NCBI RefSeq assembly: GCF_024521635.1
Contig: NW_026250404.1
Coordinates: 992,001-1,056,000, forward strand
Direction of reading: 5' to 3'
Length of the DNA stretch: 64,000 nucleotides
DNA from: Tricharina praecox
Taxonomy: Eukaryota
Shown here: positions 11,601 through 25,351 of the stretch, in pieces
Layout of the letters: each line of letters opens with the position of its first letter
How positions within the stretch are numbered: position 1 is the first letter of the stretch
Translations under genes and position numbers: made by a program
Notes under the pieces: generated by a model
Databases searched by the model: none
Told to the model about the DNA's origin: nothing
What the model saw: only the letters and a program-made list of their open reading frames with translations

Positions 11601-13604
11601 TCGACTCATTTCTGATTCCACTATTGCGCGCCCACTTCTACATTACCGAATCGGGCGTCGATCGGAACCGCATCTTCTACTTCCGCCACGACGTCTGGAA
11701 GAAACTGTGCGAGCCCGCCCTGGCAAGGTTGAAGGCCGGCATGTTCAGGGAGATGAGGGGAGATCGGGCCTCGCAGATTCTGGGGGCTCGCTCGCTGGGG
11801 TTCGTGCAGCTCCGCCTGCTGCCGAAGGACGCAGGTGTGAGACCGCTGATGAATCTGAGGAGGAGAGGAACTGTTGTCGTAAGTGCCGTGCTGTGCTGTG
11901 GGTGGCTACACACATACGTTCGCCTTCCTTCCCTAGGTATGTAGCTGAGAAAGGTGTGCGGTCACAGCTGAAAAATGGGCAAACCCGCCTAACACCGAGC
12001 ATCAACGCCATAATGACCCCGGTCTTCAATGCTCTGGCGTTCGAGAAGGTATGTATGCATGCTATGAATATCTGAGACTTCGGCCCGCATCGGGGCTCAT
12101 ATGTATCACTAACTGACAGCCGTTCCTAGTCCCGGAAATCGGAACAAATGGGCTCGTCGATGTTCTCGGTGAACGACATGTATCCGCGGATGAAAGCGTT
12201 CCAAACCCGCATTGCCGAAAAAGGCTGGCAGGACAAGAAGCTGTACTTTGCCAAGGTCGATGTCCAGGCATGCTTCGATACCATTCCGCAGGAGCGCCTG
12301 CTCCGTCTGATCAAGGAAATCATGGAGGAGGAGGAGTATCGGGTTAACAAGTATGTCGAAGTTCGTCCGCCGGCGGCAAAAGTGGGTGTGGGCAAGAGTG
12401 GCGTGGTCAAGCCGATCAAAAGGATTGTTACGCAGGCCAGACCGAGTGACGAGATCGAGTCGTTCACTGAGGTCACCAAGAAGTTGGCGGCAAGTTTGAA
12501 GCCCGGCACTGTCCTCGTCGACGATGTTGTCGGAAGGCCGTGGGAGACGCACACGCTTCTGAGACTGCTCAAGACGCATATCACGGAGAACATCATCAAG
12601 GTGGGTTGGTTTAGGTGGCACCGAATCATCACTGATCACTTATGACTGACCCCATCACCACACAGATTGGCAAAAAATATTACGAGCAAAAGACCGGTAT
12701 ACCGCAGGGCTCGGTACTCTCGAGCATCTTGTGCAACTTCTTCTACGCAGATCTCGAGCGCGAGAAGTTATCCTTCATCACCGCGGATGGCGACAGCCTC
12801 CTGCTGCGCCTCATCGACGACTTCCTCCTGATCACACTTGACCGCACAAAGGCTGATCGCTTTCTCAAGGTCATGATCAATGGAAATCCAGAGTATGGTG
12901 CAATGGTGAATGCAGATAAGAGCTTAGTCAATTTCGAAACCGCCGTGAATGGGAAGAAGATCCCACGATTGGTCGGGACGAGGGAGTTTCCCTACTGCGG
13001 GACGGTCATAGATACGCAGACTTTGGATGTGCGTCGTGATCGGGAGCGGCGAGGCGGCGCGAGTATGTCAACTCTCCCTTTCTGCTGCTGTATTGTGTGC
13101 TAACAAAAAGTACCAGACATCGACGACACGCTGACCGTCGAATACTCGCGCCGTCCCGGCAGCACACTCCTGCGGAAAGTAGTGGACTCGTTCAAGATCC
13201 AGTCGCACGCCATGTTCCTAGACACGGATTTCAACAGCGTGTCCACGGTGCTAAAAAACCTCTACCACGCACTGATCGAATGCGCCATGAAATTCCACCG
13301 CTACGTCCGCAGCCTCCAGCGCGGACGGGGGAAGGTTGCGGGCACGCTCATGGTCAGGGCCGTCAAGGAGCTTCTGGAGACCGCGTGGGCGATGCTGAAA
13401 ACCCGGCAGCAAGGGATGGGGAAGGATATTGTAAGGAGTGAGGTCGTCTGGTTGGGTGCCAGGGCTTTCAGGAGGTGCTTGGGAAGGAAACAGGCTTCGT
13501 ATTGGATGCTGCTCAGGTGGTTAAAGGGCGTGGAGAAGGAGGGACGCAGGCCGAAGGGTGTGGGCGCGCTGGGGTTGCAGGAGTTTCGCGAGGTGAGGTA
13601 TTAG
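8696..13604 (+). CDS. TERT: Telomerase reverse transcriptase, 10 exons
   Basis: T motif (FYITESGVDRNRIFYFRHDVW), motif 1 LRLLPK, motif 2 VRPLMNL, A (LYFAKVDVQACFDTI), B' (GIPQGSVLSSILCNFFY), C (LLLRLIDDFLLIT), E (FPYCG). Predicted exons 8696-9160, 9260-9632, 10043-10525, 10596-10894, 10999-11394, 11489-11878, 11968-12048, 12130-12600, 12666-13062, 13117-13604. Confidence 0.97.
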
Positions 13605-13756
13605 GATTGAGTACTTCATACATATCGTACTTCCTGTGGACACTGGATGGAGCAGATAGCTATTGTGTACAATCCTAAATTGATCAAAAGGTCACCATAG
13701 TTTCCAGTGCTCTCCAAAATCCATGACCTCATGCACTCCAGTCTCCGGGGGTTAGT

Positions 13757-13813
13757 CACGTGCCATCCCATCCCATCCCGTCGCGTAGACTGTCCTATCG
13801 TACCTTTACGCGT
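13757..13813 (+). promoter_or_regulatory. Candidate CACGTG (E-box/Cbf1-type) and ACGCGT (MCB) sites in the MSH3 promoter
   Basis: GTCACGTG at ~13755-13762 and ACGCGT at 13808-13813, within 140 bp of the MSH3 ATG; MCB boxes are typical of G1/S DNA-repair genes. Confidence 0.4.
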
Positions 13814-13889
13814 CCTCCTCAGCACAACAACCTCGCATTGATCCATTGACCCGCACCACACCGCCGCAACCACACCACAGCCTACCACA

Positions 13890-16800
13890 ATGCCGAGCAC
13901 CAAAACGCCCGCAAAAGCCAGCAAACAAACCTCGATCTCGAGCTTCTTCTCGAAGCCGTCCGGCGGCGGTCCCCCATCCTCGCCCGCCGTGGTCCCAAAG
14001 AAGCGAGCGCCGAGTCCACCGCCCAAAGCCAAGTCCGCGGCCGCACCCAAGGCTGCACCCAAGCCCAAGCCCAAGCCCGCGCCTAAGCGCAAAAAGCAGT
14101 CCGCGGCGGTACAGGATAGCAACGACGACGAGGAGGACGAGGACGGCGACGTGCGGCTTCCCGTCCGGTCCCGCAGGACGAAACGCGCGCTCGCCGATGA
14201 CGACGACGAGGACGACGAGTTCAGGCCCCTGGTTGGCGACGACAACAACAACGACGACGATGACGGCGATGACCTATACTCTGTCCCGGCCCCCGCGGTG
14301 AAGAGGGTGAAGATAGAGAGGGCTTCGAGTCCCGCGTCTGTACCTGTGAGGAAGAGTGTGCAGGCGGAGCAGACGACTAGTCGATACCGCTACGATCCGT
14401 CGCAGAAGCAGAAGCCTGAGGATATGCTGGTCGATGAGGACCCCGCTAGGAAACGCGAGAAGGAGAGGTTGAGGGAAAGGTTTGTGCAGAAGCTCGGGAG
14501 GATCGAGATTTCGAGGAAGGATGTGGGTGGAGAAGGTGAGGAGGGGGAGGCGGACGATGAGGAGCAGCAGCAGGAGCCCGAGCCGGGGCCTATTACGAAA
14601 CGGTTTGGCAGGGGGAAGGCGCCTGCTGCTGCTGCGAAGGGGAAGAAGGGCGCGGCGAAGTTGACGCCGCTGGAGAAACAGGTTGTCGACATCAAGCGGA
14701 AGCATATGGACACTGTGCTGGTGGTCGAGGTGGGGTATAAGTTTCGGTTCTTTGGGGAGGATGCCCGGATCGCCAGTCAGAACCTGTCGATCATGTGCAT
14801 CCCCGGAAAGATGCGGTTCGATGAACACCCCTCGGAAGCGCATATGGACAAGTTTGCGTCCGCCAGTATTCCCGTGCACAGACTGCACGTGCATGTCAAG
14901 CGCCTCGTGGCGAACGGGTACAAGGTCGGTGTTGTGCGGCAGCTGGAGACGGCGGCGTTGAAGGCCGCCGGAGATAATAAGGCGGGCCCGTTCGAGAGGA
15001 AGTTGACAAATCTTTACACCAAGGGAACCTATGTAGACGATATTGACGGGCTGGAGGGCGCCGATCTGTCGTCTGGTGCAGGAAGTGGCGGCGCTTCGAA
15101 TACCGGATTTTTGCTCTGCGTAACTGAGAAGCCTGGTGGCGGGAACGGCACGGATGAGAAGGTCCATGTGGGCCTCGTCGCCGTGCAACCTTCCACCGGA
15201 GAGGTGATATATGATGAGTTTGACGACGGGTTCATGAGAAGCGAGATTGAGACGAGATTACTACACAGTACGACCAAATTTCCCACGCTGCTGCTACTGC
15301 ATTTCTGATACCAGGCGTTCGTCTAGTCGCTCCATGTGAATTCTTGATTGTCGGCGAGTTGAGCAAGTCCACCGAGAAGATAGTATCACATCTTGCTGGC
15401 AGCACGTAAGATTTCCTCGAGGACTCGATACGTTTCTCCTTACTAATGAATGTAGGACCACCGTGTTTGGAGACAGAGTTCGCGTAGAGCGCATGGGGAA
15501 GGACAAGAATACAGGAACCGAAGCATCCACTCATGTCTCAAAATTCTACGCCGACAAAGTACACGTGGCTGAATCTGCCGAAGCCGCGGGAAAGAACAGT
15601 ATATTCCCTCCCTCCTCCTTGTCTCACCCTCGAACTCGGGTTGTTAATTGTACTTTCACAGAACTACTGGATGCAGTGTTGGATTTGCCGGGACTGGTGA
15701 CAATATGTCTCTCGGCTATGATCAAGCATCTGTCAGACTATGGCCTGGAACACGTGTTCGACCTTACCAAGTACTTCCAGTCGTTCAGTGGGCGCTCGCA
15801 CATGCTCCTCAACGGAAACACGCTTTCCAGTCTCGAGATCTACAGGAACCAGACAGATTACACCACCAAAGGAAGTTTGTTCTGGACTCTGGACCGGACG
15901 AAGACCAAGTTCGGGCGTCGGCTGCTGCGGAATTGGGTTGGCAGGCCGCTGCTGGATAAACATCAGCTGGAAGAACGAGTCAAGGCTGTGGAAGAGGCAA
16001 AACTTGGAGAGAACATAAAGCTGGATAAGTTGAAGGAGCTACTTGCGAAGGTTTCGTACGATCTTGAGAAGGGACTGATCAGGATTTACTATGGAAAGGT
16101 AGGCGTTCCTAGAGCTGTGCTGGTACTACGATAGAGCTAATGTAACATAGTGCACTCGTCCGGAATTGCTCTCGATTCTGCAGACGATGAACCGAATAGC
16201 GTCTGCCTTCCCGCTGATGGAAAATCCAGAGGATGTTGGATTCGAATCGGACATCCTCAATAAGGCCGTTGCTGCTCTCCCGGGTATCCAAGAGGATGTT
16301 GCCAAATTCCTTGGGATGTTCAATCACCAGGCGGCTGGGAAGGACGACAAGTATGATTTCTTCAAGGATGAAGACGAGCATGAGGAGTACGAAAAGATCG
16401 TTGAGCAGAAGATGGTGAGTTTTGACGTTCCATGGTTCGGTATGAGATATTAATTTTTGTAGGGAATCATGGCCGTTGAAGCAGACTTGGAGGAGCACAA
16501 GAAGGATATCAGCAAAATCCTGAAGGGCAAAAAGTTCAATTACATCACGGTCTCTGGCGTAGAGTATCTCGTTGAAGTTCCCAACACGAAAGTTGCTCTT
16601 GCTCCTGTACCAGCCAACTGGGTCAAGATAAGCGGGTCATTCTCAACCACTCCTACCTGTGTTTAAGATTGAGATTCTGACACTATGCAGCACCCAAAAG
16701 GTCCACCGTTTCCATACGCCACAGATCATCCAGATGATCCGCCAACGGGATCAGCACAAAGAGTCTCTCGCGGCGGAATGCGACAAGGCGTTCAAACGTT

Positions 16801-17738
16801 TCCTCGAGCAAATCTCCAGCAAATACCAAGAACTCCGCGACTGCGTACAATCCCTAGCCATCCTCGACTGCATCCTCTCCCTAGCTGCAGTCGCCAACCA
16901 GCCCGGCTATTCCAAGCCCGAGTTCACATCCGAAACTATCATCGACGTCAAAGAAGGCCGCCACCCGATGGTCGAGCAGCTCCTCCTTGACGCATACGTC
17001 CCCAACGACATCACTCTCTGCCAAAACAGCAAGCGCGCCATGCTCGTGACCGGACCCAACATGGGCGGTAAATCCAGCTACGTCAGACAGATTGCCCTCA
17101 TCTCGATCATGGCCCAGATCGGCTCGTACGTTCCCGCCGCATCCGCCACCCTCGGGCTGCTGGACGCGGTTTTTACCCGGATGGGAGCATTCGACAACAT
17201 GATGGCCGGCGAATCAACCTTCATGGTCGAGTTATCCGAGACGTCCGATATCCTCAAGCAAGCTACACCCCGCAGCCTCATAATCCTCGACGAGCTGGGC
17301 CGCGGAACGTCTACGCACGATGGTGTCGCCATCGCGCATGCAGTCTTCGACTACATAGTCCAAGACCTCAAAGCCCTCCTCCTCTTCGTCACACACTACC
17401 CCCTCCTCTCCCGCTTCGGGGAAATGTATCCCGACGAGGTGACAAACACACACATGGCGTTCGAAGAGGCCGGCGAGGGTGGCGAGGACATCACTTTCCT
17501 GTACCGTGTTGCGGAGGGCGTGGCGCATCGGAGCTACGGTCTCAATGTTGCGCGGCTGGCGGGGCTTCCCAAGAGCTGTCTTGAGCTTGCGGCGGTCAAA
17601 AGCCGACAGCTCGAGGCCGAGATGAAGGAGCGTGCCGGTGTGAGGTGGGCGACGAGTGTAAGGAAGATAATGGAAGACGACGAGGTCGATGTCGAGGCGC
17701 TGGCGAGGAGCTTGGAGGGGGTGGTGGTCGATGTGTAG
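13890..17738 (+). CDS. MSH3: DNA mismatch repair protein MSH3 (MutS beta), multi-exon
   Basis: N-terminal PIP-like [17 protein letters not shown]...[14 protein letters not shown] (Msh3-type mismatch-binding domain); P-loop [44 protein letters not shown]. About 6 GT-AG introns. Confidence 0.96.
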
Positions 17739-20273
17739 CTTGGTGTTCTTGCCGGATCTAGATGTACGTGACTGCAGATATTATTAACAAGTAGACTTCT
17801 TGAATCTTGATTCTCGTTGTGGGCATGCGACCACTTCACGTTCTCGCTTTCGCGATCCGCTAGAGCAGCAATGAAAAAAGTAGAATGAAATCATATAAAC
17901 AGCCATACAGAGCCATACAAGGTATGACTGTTGAAAGTTCCAAAAGTAAGCGTAGCCGCAGAGCAGCTAGAGCAGTCCAGAAATAAGCAAGACAAAGGAG
18001 ATGATAGAGAACACACTGATGTAGGATAAACCATCGTACTCCGCTGGCTCTTAACCATGTTCGGGGGGCAGAGTGGATGTTGGGCTCGCACTATAATGGG
18101 AACGGTATCAATGGCATCCTTCTGCCTCACTGGATGTGGACTGTGGACCGTGGACGGGGAGCAGCGTGGAAACTATGGAAGGAATTAGAATTGGGGAGGA
18201 AAGGACTGGTGAAGAGAAGTTGTGGCGGAAGTGAGGATTTTTATATGCGGCTTGAAGGTGTGATTGTGTGAGGCTAGGTAGTGTCTACAGCGATGCATGG
18301 TGCGTCACTCGGATTCCGTGAAGACTCTTGGCGGGGGGAAGCATAGCTCTTCTAGTGCCAGACAGAGACATCTACGGATCGAAGTTAGTTTTATGCTCGG
18401 CAGGAAGCAAGCGCCAGATTTCGCGCCTGTGCCTGCCCGGCGCTTGGTTCGCTCTGAGGTCGCCTTCAACGTGCAGAGGATTGAAGCAAGAATTAAGCGC
18501 AATATCATGGCTGCATCGACCAAACGTTTTGGCGAACCTTGTATGCAGTCTCACTTGGCGTCCACCGGCATCCAGCCCGAGTGCATATCCCGCCAATCAC
18601 ACCCGCTGCCCGCAGGTAATCGCCGTTGAGGCACGAGTGACCCGGATCGATAAATTTGGCGCGTGTTCCTACCCCTCTAGCCCCTTTCCAACCACATGAT
18701 GGGGGTCTGGGCGCGGGGGGGCTCAGCCGCCCGCCGCCACCGACCAGGTACGGCATTTCCCCTGGTTACTCCACATAACTCCCGGAATTCAGATCTCTGC
18801 CTCACCTTGCACACCATCATTATGCGTGGTATGTACGCCGACTCCACTGCGTTTATATATCATCGCATGGTCAGCAAAATGCCTTAAGACGGATCGATGT
18901 TCTCGCGGCCGGATTTCCATGCAACATTTTTTTTCCTACTGAATCGGGTCGAATCGGGGCACCATTTCCACATTCTGACGATCGATATGCGGAACCATTT
19001 TAGAGCACTGACGGTGTAATTCCACCAGAGCGCAAGAATGGTGGTCTAACCGGGTTGTAATCGGCCCAACTCCTTTTCCCTCGTCTGCCCTGGTCTGCTT
19101 CGCTTTTTTCATATTTACAATCCTCAAAAACAGTTTCCTTTCCTGGGCTAGATGGACAGAGGGAGATGGTTACTCTAGAGAGTTACTCTGGAAAACGAGC
19201 ACGTCAGTTACTATCCGCCGTCGTGGCTTGCTTCACCATCCGCCGTTTCTTGTCATCCTGCGCTTGGATCTGAGGCCTTCTTTCTCGGCTTTCCCTTCTC
19301 TCCATCTTTGGCTGGATATGCCGTCGTCGTCCAAGCGCTAAACGCCTTCACTTTTGGGTTGTTGACCACGCTCCCAAGCGGCTCGAGATTACTTTCTTCG
19401 TGTGGGTTGGGTGGTGGTGGTGGGTTCTAAAGATCCTTGACGCGTGCGGTCGGTTCTCAGCACTTTAGAACCTCTAGGCTCGAGATCCCCCTTTGGAGAG
19501 AAGGGCATCCTGAAACCTCTCCTCTAACACCTACAAACCCCCACCTGCCTTGCCTGTCTTCCTTCCTTCTCTTCCTCTTTCCTTCTTCCCTTTTGATGCG
19601 TCCTCACACCTTTGTCGACTGCAACATATTCCCTTCGTTTGATCTGTTGCAATAGCCTCACCCTTCTTGTACTTACTACTCGGCCACTTAACTCTACATA
19701 CTTCGTCCGATATACTTCCCGCCTACACGCTGCTCGTTGCTTTTTGTTTTCTTAGGCGGTTTCGTTCCCCGTCTTGCATGCCGGCCGCCGGTATCAGCAT
19801 AATTATCTAGATCTCCTGTCAGCTTCTGTCGTTCCCCCGGTTTCGGATTTCATCGATCGCTCTCAGCAAACCTACCTCCCCTAGGCTTCAGGCCGCACGT
19901 CATTCGTTAAGTATCCCGCGCTCTTCCGTCGTCGTTTGCAGCATCGCGCGTTCGGAGTTCGGAATACGTACATACATACGGCAACATACGGAAGCTTTGA
20001 CAGCTGACAACGGCTACGGAATAATACTCACGATTGACTTTGGGCACCTGCCTGAAGACGACGCGCCACACTGCCACCCCCATACCCTCGCTCACACCAA
20101 CGAGGCCTCGTAATCCCCCGGTGAACCACCAACGCAACACAAACCTCAGGGGCCAGCCAGAAGATAGACTTGAGAAGAAAAATCACATCCACCAGAAAAC
20201 TTTCGCGAAGGGGGAAGACAGAGGAGCAAGTCTTTGGGACTGTCCATTTTCGCTTTATTTTGGGATCCTGTAA

Positions 20274-22631
20274 ATGCACAATACCTCGGCTTTTGCGAAT
20301 ATGCCTCCTGATGTTGCTGGTCTTTGGGCGGCGGAGTTTTCCTCGAAGGCGTCTACATCCTCGGTTCCTTCGAGCTTCCAGCTCGACGACGGTGGAATCC
20401 TCAATGGCATGACTGATTTTGAAGAGATCGGCCTCGACGACGACAACGGAGGCGGCAGGGGCCGGACCGCGGATGGGCGAGGAGTTGGAGCAGGCGCAGG
20501 CGGCTTCCCCGGATTGACGCGGGATCTCACACATACGCAGACCAAACGAACGACCTTTACGGCCCTACAGACGAATTTCCCTGCGCAAATCCACCCGGTA
20601 GATCGTCTTGCAGCTCCGGGAGCATCCAACGGACGGTCCAAGAAGCACCTCTCATCACCGGCGCCATCTCGTCCTACTTCTTCTCGAGGTCTATCGCCCG
20701 CGCGCCATTCGACTTCCATTCAGTCTCCCGGCGTTGCACCACTGCCCCTGGGAAATGGTTACCGACCCAGCATCTCTCCGTACGGACCCAAGCGAACGTC
20801 GTGGCAGAAAAAGACCAGTGAGCAGTTGGAGGAGGAATACGACTCTGACGACGAGGTCCCACCGGATGCAATCTTCTACAACGTCCCGTTATCCCCGAGA
20901 TCTTCAAAAGCGCTCGCCTCACCGACGCCGGAACCGGAACCGGAAAGTAATAATGAAGAAGAAACCGAGGTTGTGCCAAACGGAACGGTAACTCCGCCGC
21001 CGGAGGATAACCAGGCCGAAAGAACACTATCCGCTCCATCAGCTCCAGTTTCTATAAACGGCAACCCGTCAGACCGAGATGGGTCGGATATGAGATCGAA
21101 GAGTTGGACCGACGCCATGATGGATTTGGGCTATGAGGCAAAGGAGCTGAGCGAAGCCTTGGAGGCGCACGCGGACGCCGAGATGCTGGTGACCGTGAAC
21201 CGCCTGCAGCAGCGACGGAGTGAGCCTCTAGCTCCCAAGAAGAAGATTACACCGCCGGCCTCAAAAGGAAATTCAATCGAACTACCGCCGCTCCAGGTGT
21301 CCAACGGGATCATCGATCCTCTGCCGATCAGCAAAGAAAAGGAAGCGGTATTGTCACGGACACGCCCCAGCTGGCTACCACCAAAATCCAAAGATGAGGA
21401 GAAGAGACACCTCAAGGAATATCAACGAATGATGCGAAGGTCTCAAGAAACTGGTACGTCACACCTTATGGTTCGTGGTCATTAATTGACTTCGTCTGAT
21501 GGTTGGAATTTAGAGCGCAAAAGGATTGAAAAGGAACGACACGACCAGGAAGAGAGAGACCGCTTGCAGCTGGAGTTCTCGAATGTTTGGGAAACCAAGA
21601 TTATCCCCAATTGGAACCGTGCTTGCAGGGCGCCCTCGACGCGGGAACTCTGGTGGAAGGGTGTTGCTCCGCGGTGTCGAGGCCAGGTGTGGTCGTTATC
21701 GTTCGGTAACCATCTTGCGGTCAGCACAGAGACGTTCAAATTGGCCTTGAAAAGGGCCAAGGAGATTGAGATTGGTGTCCTAAAGGCGCCAACGATGTAT
21801 TCTGCCAGGGAAAGAGAGCTTTTCGAGGCGATTCGTAGGGACGTTAAAACGACGTTCCCGGAGCTCAAGATCTTCCAGGTATGTGTAAAAACCCAATACG
21901 AATCGAGAGAAGTAGGCTAACCTGTGCAACAGAAAAATGGTCCGTTATACGAAAGTCTACGGGATGTTTTGATGGCATATGCCATGTACCGCAGCGATGT
22001 GGGATATATCTATGGTTCACATGTTTGTGCACCCCGATCTCCACAAAATATTTCGTTTTATTGACAGGGTGCTAGACTGTGGCCGGAATGCTGCTCCTCA
22101 ATCAATCACCTGAGCAGGCTTTTGTGACACTTGCAAACATGCTCAATCGACCACTTCCATTGGCATTTCTAACGAATGATGAAGGAGCTGTAAGCCATCT
22201 AACCAAGCCCCTATTAATTGAACATATTCTGACAGCATCTATAGATATCTAGATCATATGGCCTGTTCCTCAAAGCATTCCAGTACAAGCTGCCCTCCCT
22301 CTTCCGTCATATCCACCAGAATCTTCAAATCGAGCCGGAGCTCTACCTCGAGCCCATGTTCCTGACCCTCTTCTCGCTGCAATTGCCCGTCGACATCACC
22401 AGCCGCCTCTGGGACATCTACTCGTTCGAAGGCGACAGTTTCCTCGTGCGAACAGCAGTCGCGATAATGATGGTGCTCGAAAACAAGCTATATGGCGACC
22501 GCAACGAGGTCCTCAGCATCTTGGGTTGGAACGCAGGAATATTGCCCGTCGGAAAGGAAGAGGAGTTCCTTGCCATCGTTAGATCCGCTGGGAAGGAGGA
22601 GGTTGAGGGGGGTCCTATTGAGCGATTTTGA
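20274..22631 (+). CDS. TBC-domain Rab GTPase-activating protein (TBC1D14-like) with Sbe2-like N-terminal motif
   Basis: [87 protein letters not shown]. Four introns between 21454 and ~22243. Confidence 0.9.
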
Positions 22632-23307
22632 TATCTTTTTTGCGTTGACGGTTGTATGATTTACACTCTTTCTCTTTTCTCTGCCTCTCACTTTTCCTTT
22701 TCCCTTTCTTTTTTACATACCATAACTAGAGCACTCTTTACCTTAATTGTAAAAAAATCTTTTTTTTGTATTTTGTTTTGGACCGTACGGCTGAAAAACT
22801 AGAAGCGGGGATAAACTGGGGGGTTTGGGATCTTGTCTTTGGTCTCTTGTGTTTCTGGAGTTTGATATCTTGTTTTATGCTGTATAATTTTTTCTCATTT
22901 GGGTTGATTTTGGCTCCCGGTGTAATCTTAAGTATTTAGTACTTCATATAGTTAGAATGCAATGAATGGTGTGGGTTGAATTGAACTGGACTGATGCGGT
23001 TGATTGAGGTCGTGGAGATTAGAGATGGCAATGGTGGTAATGGGATGGTGAAGGAGCACGGTGCGGATAATGTTTGGTAATGCCACTTCGGCCCTTTGCC
23101 CATAAATAGGCTGTTGTTCCACGCTCGGGACCGTGGATTCTTTTGGTTCCAGAGGACCGAGCGATTCTTCTCTGGCAGGTGGTTATTTATTGGCCATAGC
23201 TCAGGCAGGGCATGGGGTTAGGGCGCTGTCGTCCATCGGCACGACCACCACCGCCAACACCGCCAGCATTGTTCCCGCTCTCACAACCTCCACAACACCA
23301 CACCGCG

Positions 23308-23799
23308 ATGCCGACGCTCCCCTTGCACCTCTCTGCGGCCCCCAGTTCCACGACCGTCGCCGCCGCCTCTCCCGCAAACCCCCTCCCACCCCTCCTGCAC
23401 ACGCCCCTGGGCCTCGCGCTCCTCGAGCTCCAGGGCACCATCAACACGCCGCCGGCCACCGCGGCAACAACATCCACTCCCGTCGGCACACTGACGTTCC
23501 CCGCCGACTTTGGGCCCGAGAACAAGCGCGTGTACATGCACGTCGGCGCGAACCAGCGGATGATAGGGGAGCTGCGGAAGTTGGCGACGCCGCTTGGTGT
23601 GTTGCGGAGGCGGCGGCGGCGGAGTGAAGGGGGGGGGGGGGAGAGCGCCGAGGACGTGGTCATGCAGGAGGAGGAGGCTGAGGAGTCCGGGAAGTGGGAT
23701 GGTGAGGAGCTGGAGGTGGCTGAGGTCGTCAGGTGGAAGTTGGTCTTTGCGGGAAGGCCGGAGCCCGTCGGCAGTGCGCCGGTCGATGCGTTGGTTTGA
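23308..23799 (+). CDS. CTF8: Chromosome transmission fidelity protein 8
   Basis: LPPLLHTPLGLALLELQGTIN; KRVYMHVGANQRMIGELRKLATPLGVLRRR; ELEVAEVVRWKLVFAGRPEPV. ATG at 23308. Confidence 0.9.
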   Translation: MPTLPLHLSAAPSSTTVAAASPANPLPPLLHTPLGLALLELQGTINTPPATAATTSTPVGTLTFPADFGPENKRVYMHVGANQRMIGELRKLATPLGVLRRRRRRSEGGGGESAEDVVMQEEEAEESGKWDGEELEVAEVVRWKLVFAGRPEPVGSAPVDALV

Positions 23800-24141
23800 T
23801 GCGATGCGTGCGGGAGGAAGCGCATGAAACTCTCTACGCGTGCTCGGATTGATACTTGTAGCTGCGATGACCGGATCAATTCTTGTCTGTCCGTCTGCTC
23901 TGGCTTGTTCCAGAGGAAGATATCGGGCTGGTGGAGGATGCATCATCACCGCCCACGCGGTGAGAGCTGGGGATAGACATTGAGACGTGCACGAACACGC
24001 AACGCATATTCACTTCTTTCGTGTGTATAGAGTACGGACATCACTTTTATTCCTACATTTCCGGATCAAAAAACGAAATATTAACGAAAGAAACGAACTA
24101 CATCACAATCTATGAGACAAATCCACATCTATCATGGGTTT

Positions 24142-25351
24142 TCACTTCTGCTCCTTCTTGACCGCGCGACCCTTGACCCTCCGTCTCGGCAGTCCCTCCC
24201 CACTCCTAACCAATTTCTTCGCCACCTTCTTGACATTAGCAGCCGGTAACACCTCGTCGGCCGACTCGGAATCATCAACGATTTCCTCCTCCTCCTCAGC
24301 CTCCGCCTCGACCACAGCCTTCTTGGGCATGAACCGACCCAACGTGATTCCCCAGATACCCATAGGCAGCTTAACCAGCGTGGTATCGCGCCACCTGGCA
24401 CCCGAGATCTCCTTTGGATCTAGCAAGAGCTCTTCAGGTCCATCCTCCGTCTCGTTGAGCAGGAAAACGTCGCCATTGGGATCAACCATGAAGGTCTTTC
24501 CGTTGGCTTGGCCGACCCTCTTGCGCTGCGCCGTGGGCGGGGACGCAGTCCCGCTGGCACCCCTCTTGGAAGCAGCCTTCTTGGGCTTAACCATCGCCGC
24601 AGAGCTTGCCTCGCCCAACCCCTCAAGACCAGGGATTCCCGCGGGCCCGTACGCAGCAGTCCTGACGTCGCGGATGACATCCTTCATGAAATCCTTCTGT
24701 CTCTTGGCCGTCAAGCCCAGCACCGCATAATGCGCAACGCCAACAAACAGGTAGATTCCAATGAGGACGCTTCCAATGCCCGGCCTGAACCTCGCATAGT
24801 AATAACCGGTGCCGCGCCACTTCGGGAATCCATTCCTGAGGAAGTGATCGTAGCGGTCCCGGCCCTCGCCACGGAGGACATTGGCGATCAGTCCCAGACG
24901 TGCGAAGCGCTCGCTCGCCTTCTTGCGAAGGGCGGCTTGCTGAGACCGACCCAGTCCTTTCGCCGGCTTGAACTTGTCGGGGTGCAGACGGGCACTGGTC
25001 TTGCGGTAGGCCTTGTTAATGTCGTCCATGGACGCCGCGGGACCGTTCTTGACGCCGACGAAATCTACGCAGGAATATGAGTAACCCGAGCGGATGCAGA
25101 TGGTTCACGGGTGGGTGGTGAGCGGGTGTACCGTAGAATGTTACTCCCTCCCCCTCGTTCATCTCCAGCTCATCGCGGATGCGAAAGATTTCATGGTCTG
25201 CTCAAACTCAATCAGCTGTCATTCACTCACTCGACCCCCCCCTTCCCCTTTCCCGTGAGTGATTGTACGCACCCTCTTTGCTCCACCCATAGCCCAAGAC
25301 TCCAGCGAAGACGCTGGACAGCAGCAACGTGAATAGCGCTGCGGATCGCAT
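24142..25351 (-). CDS. ERJ5: ER membrane DnaJ-domain protein (Erj5-like), 3 exons
   Basis: Signal peptide MRSAALFTLLLSSVFAGVLGYG, WSKEDHEIFR, J-domain with HPD (SARLHPDK), RDRYDHFLRNGFPKWRGTGYYYARFRPG followed by a TM helix. Confidence 0.88.

Noticed and set aside
12148..13103. Reverse transcriptase motifs suggesting a retrotransposon
   Set aside because: The telomerase T motif, spliceosomal introns and lack of gag/integrase/LTRs identify host TERT.
18290..19430. Short ORFs between MSH3 and the TBC gene
   Set aside because: No recognisable domain or consistent splice structure; treated as intergenic.
23629..23641. G13 homopolymer in CTF8 as a frameshift
   Set aside because: The frame is preserved and the conserved Ctf8 C-terminus follows in frame.
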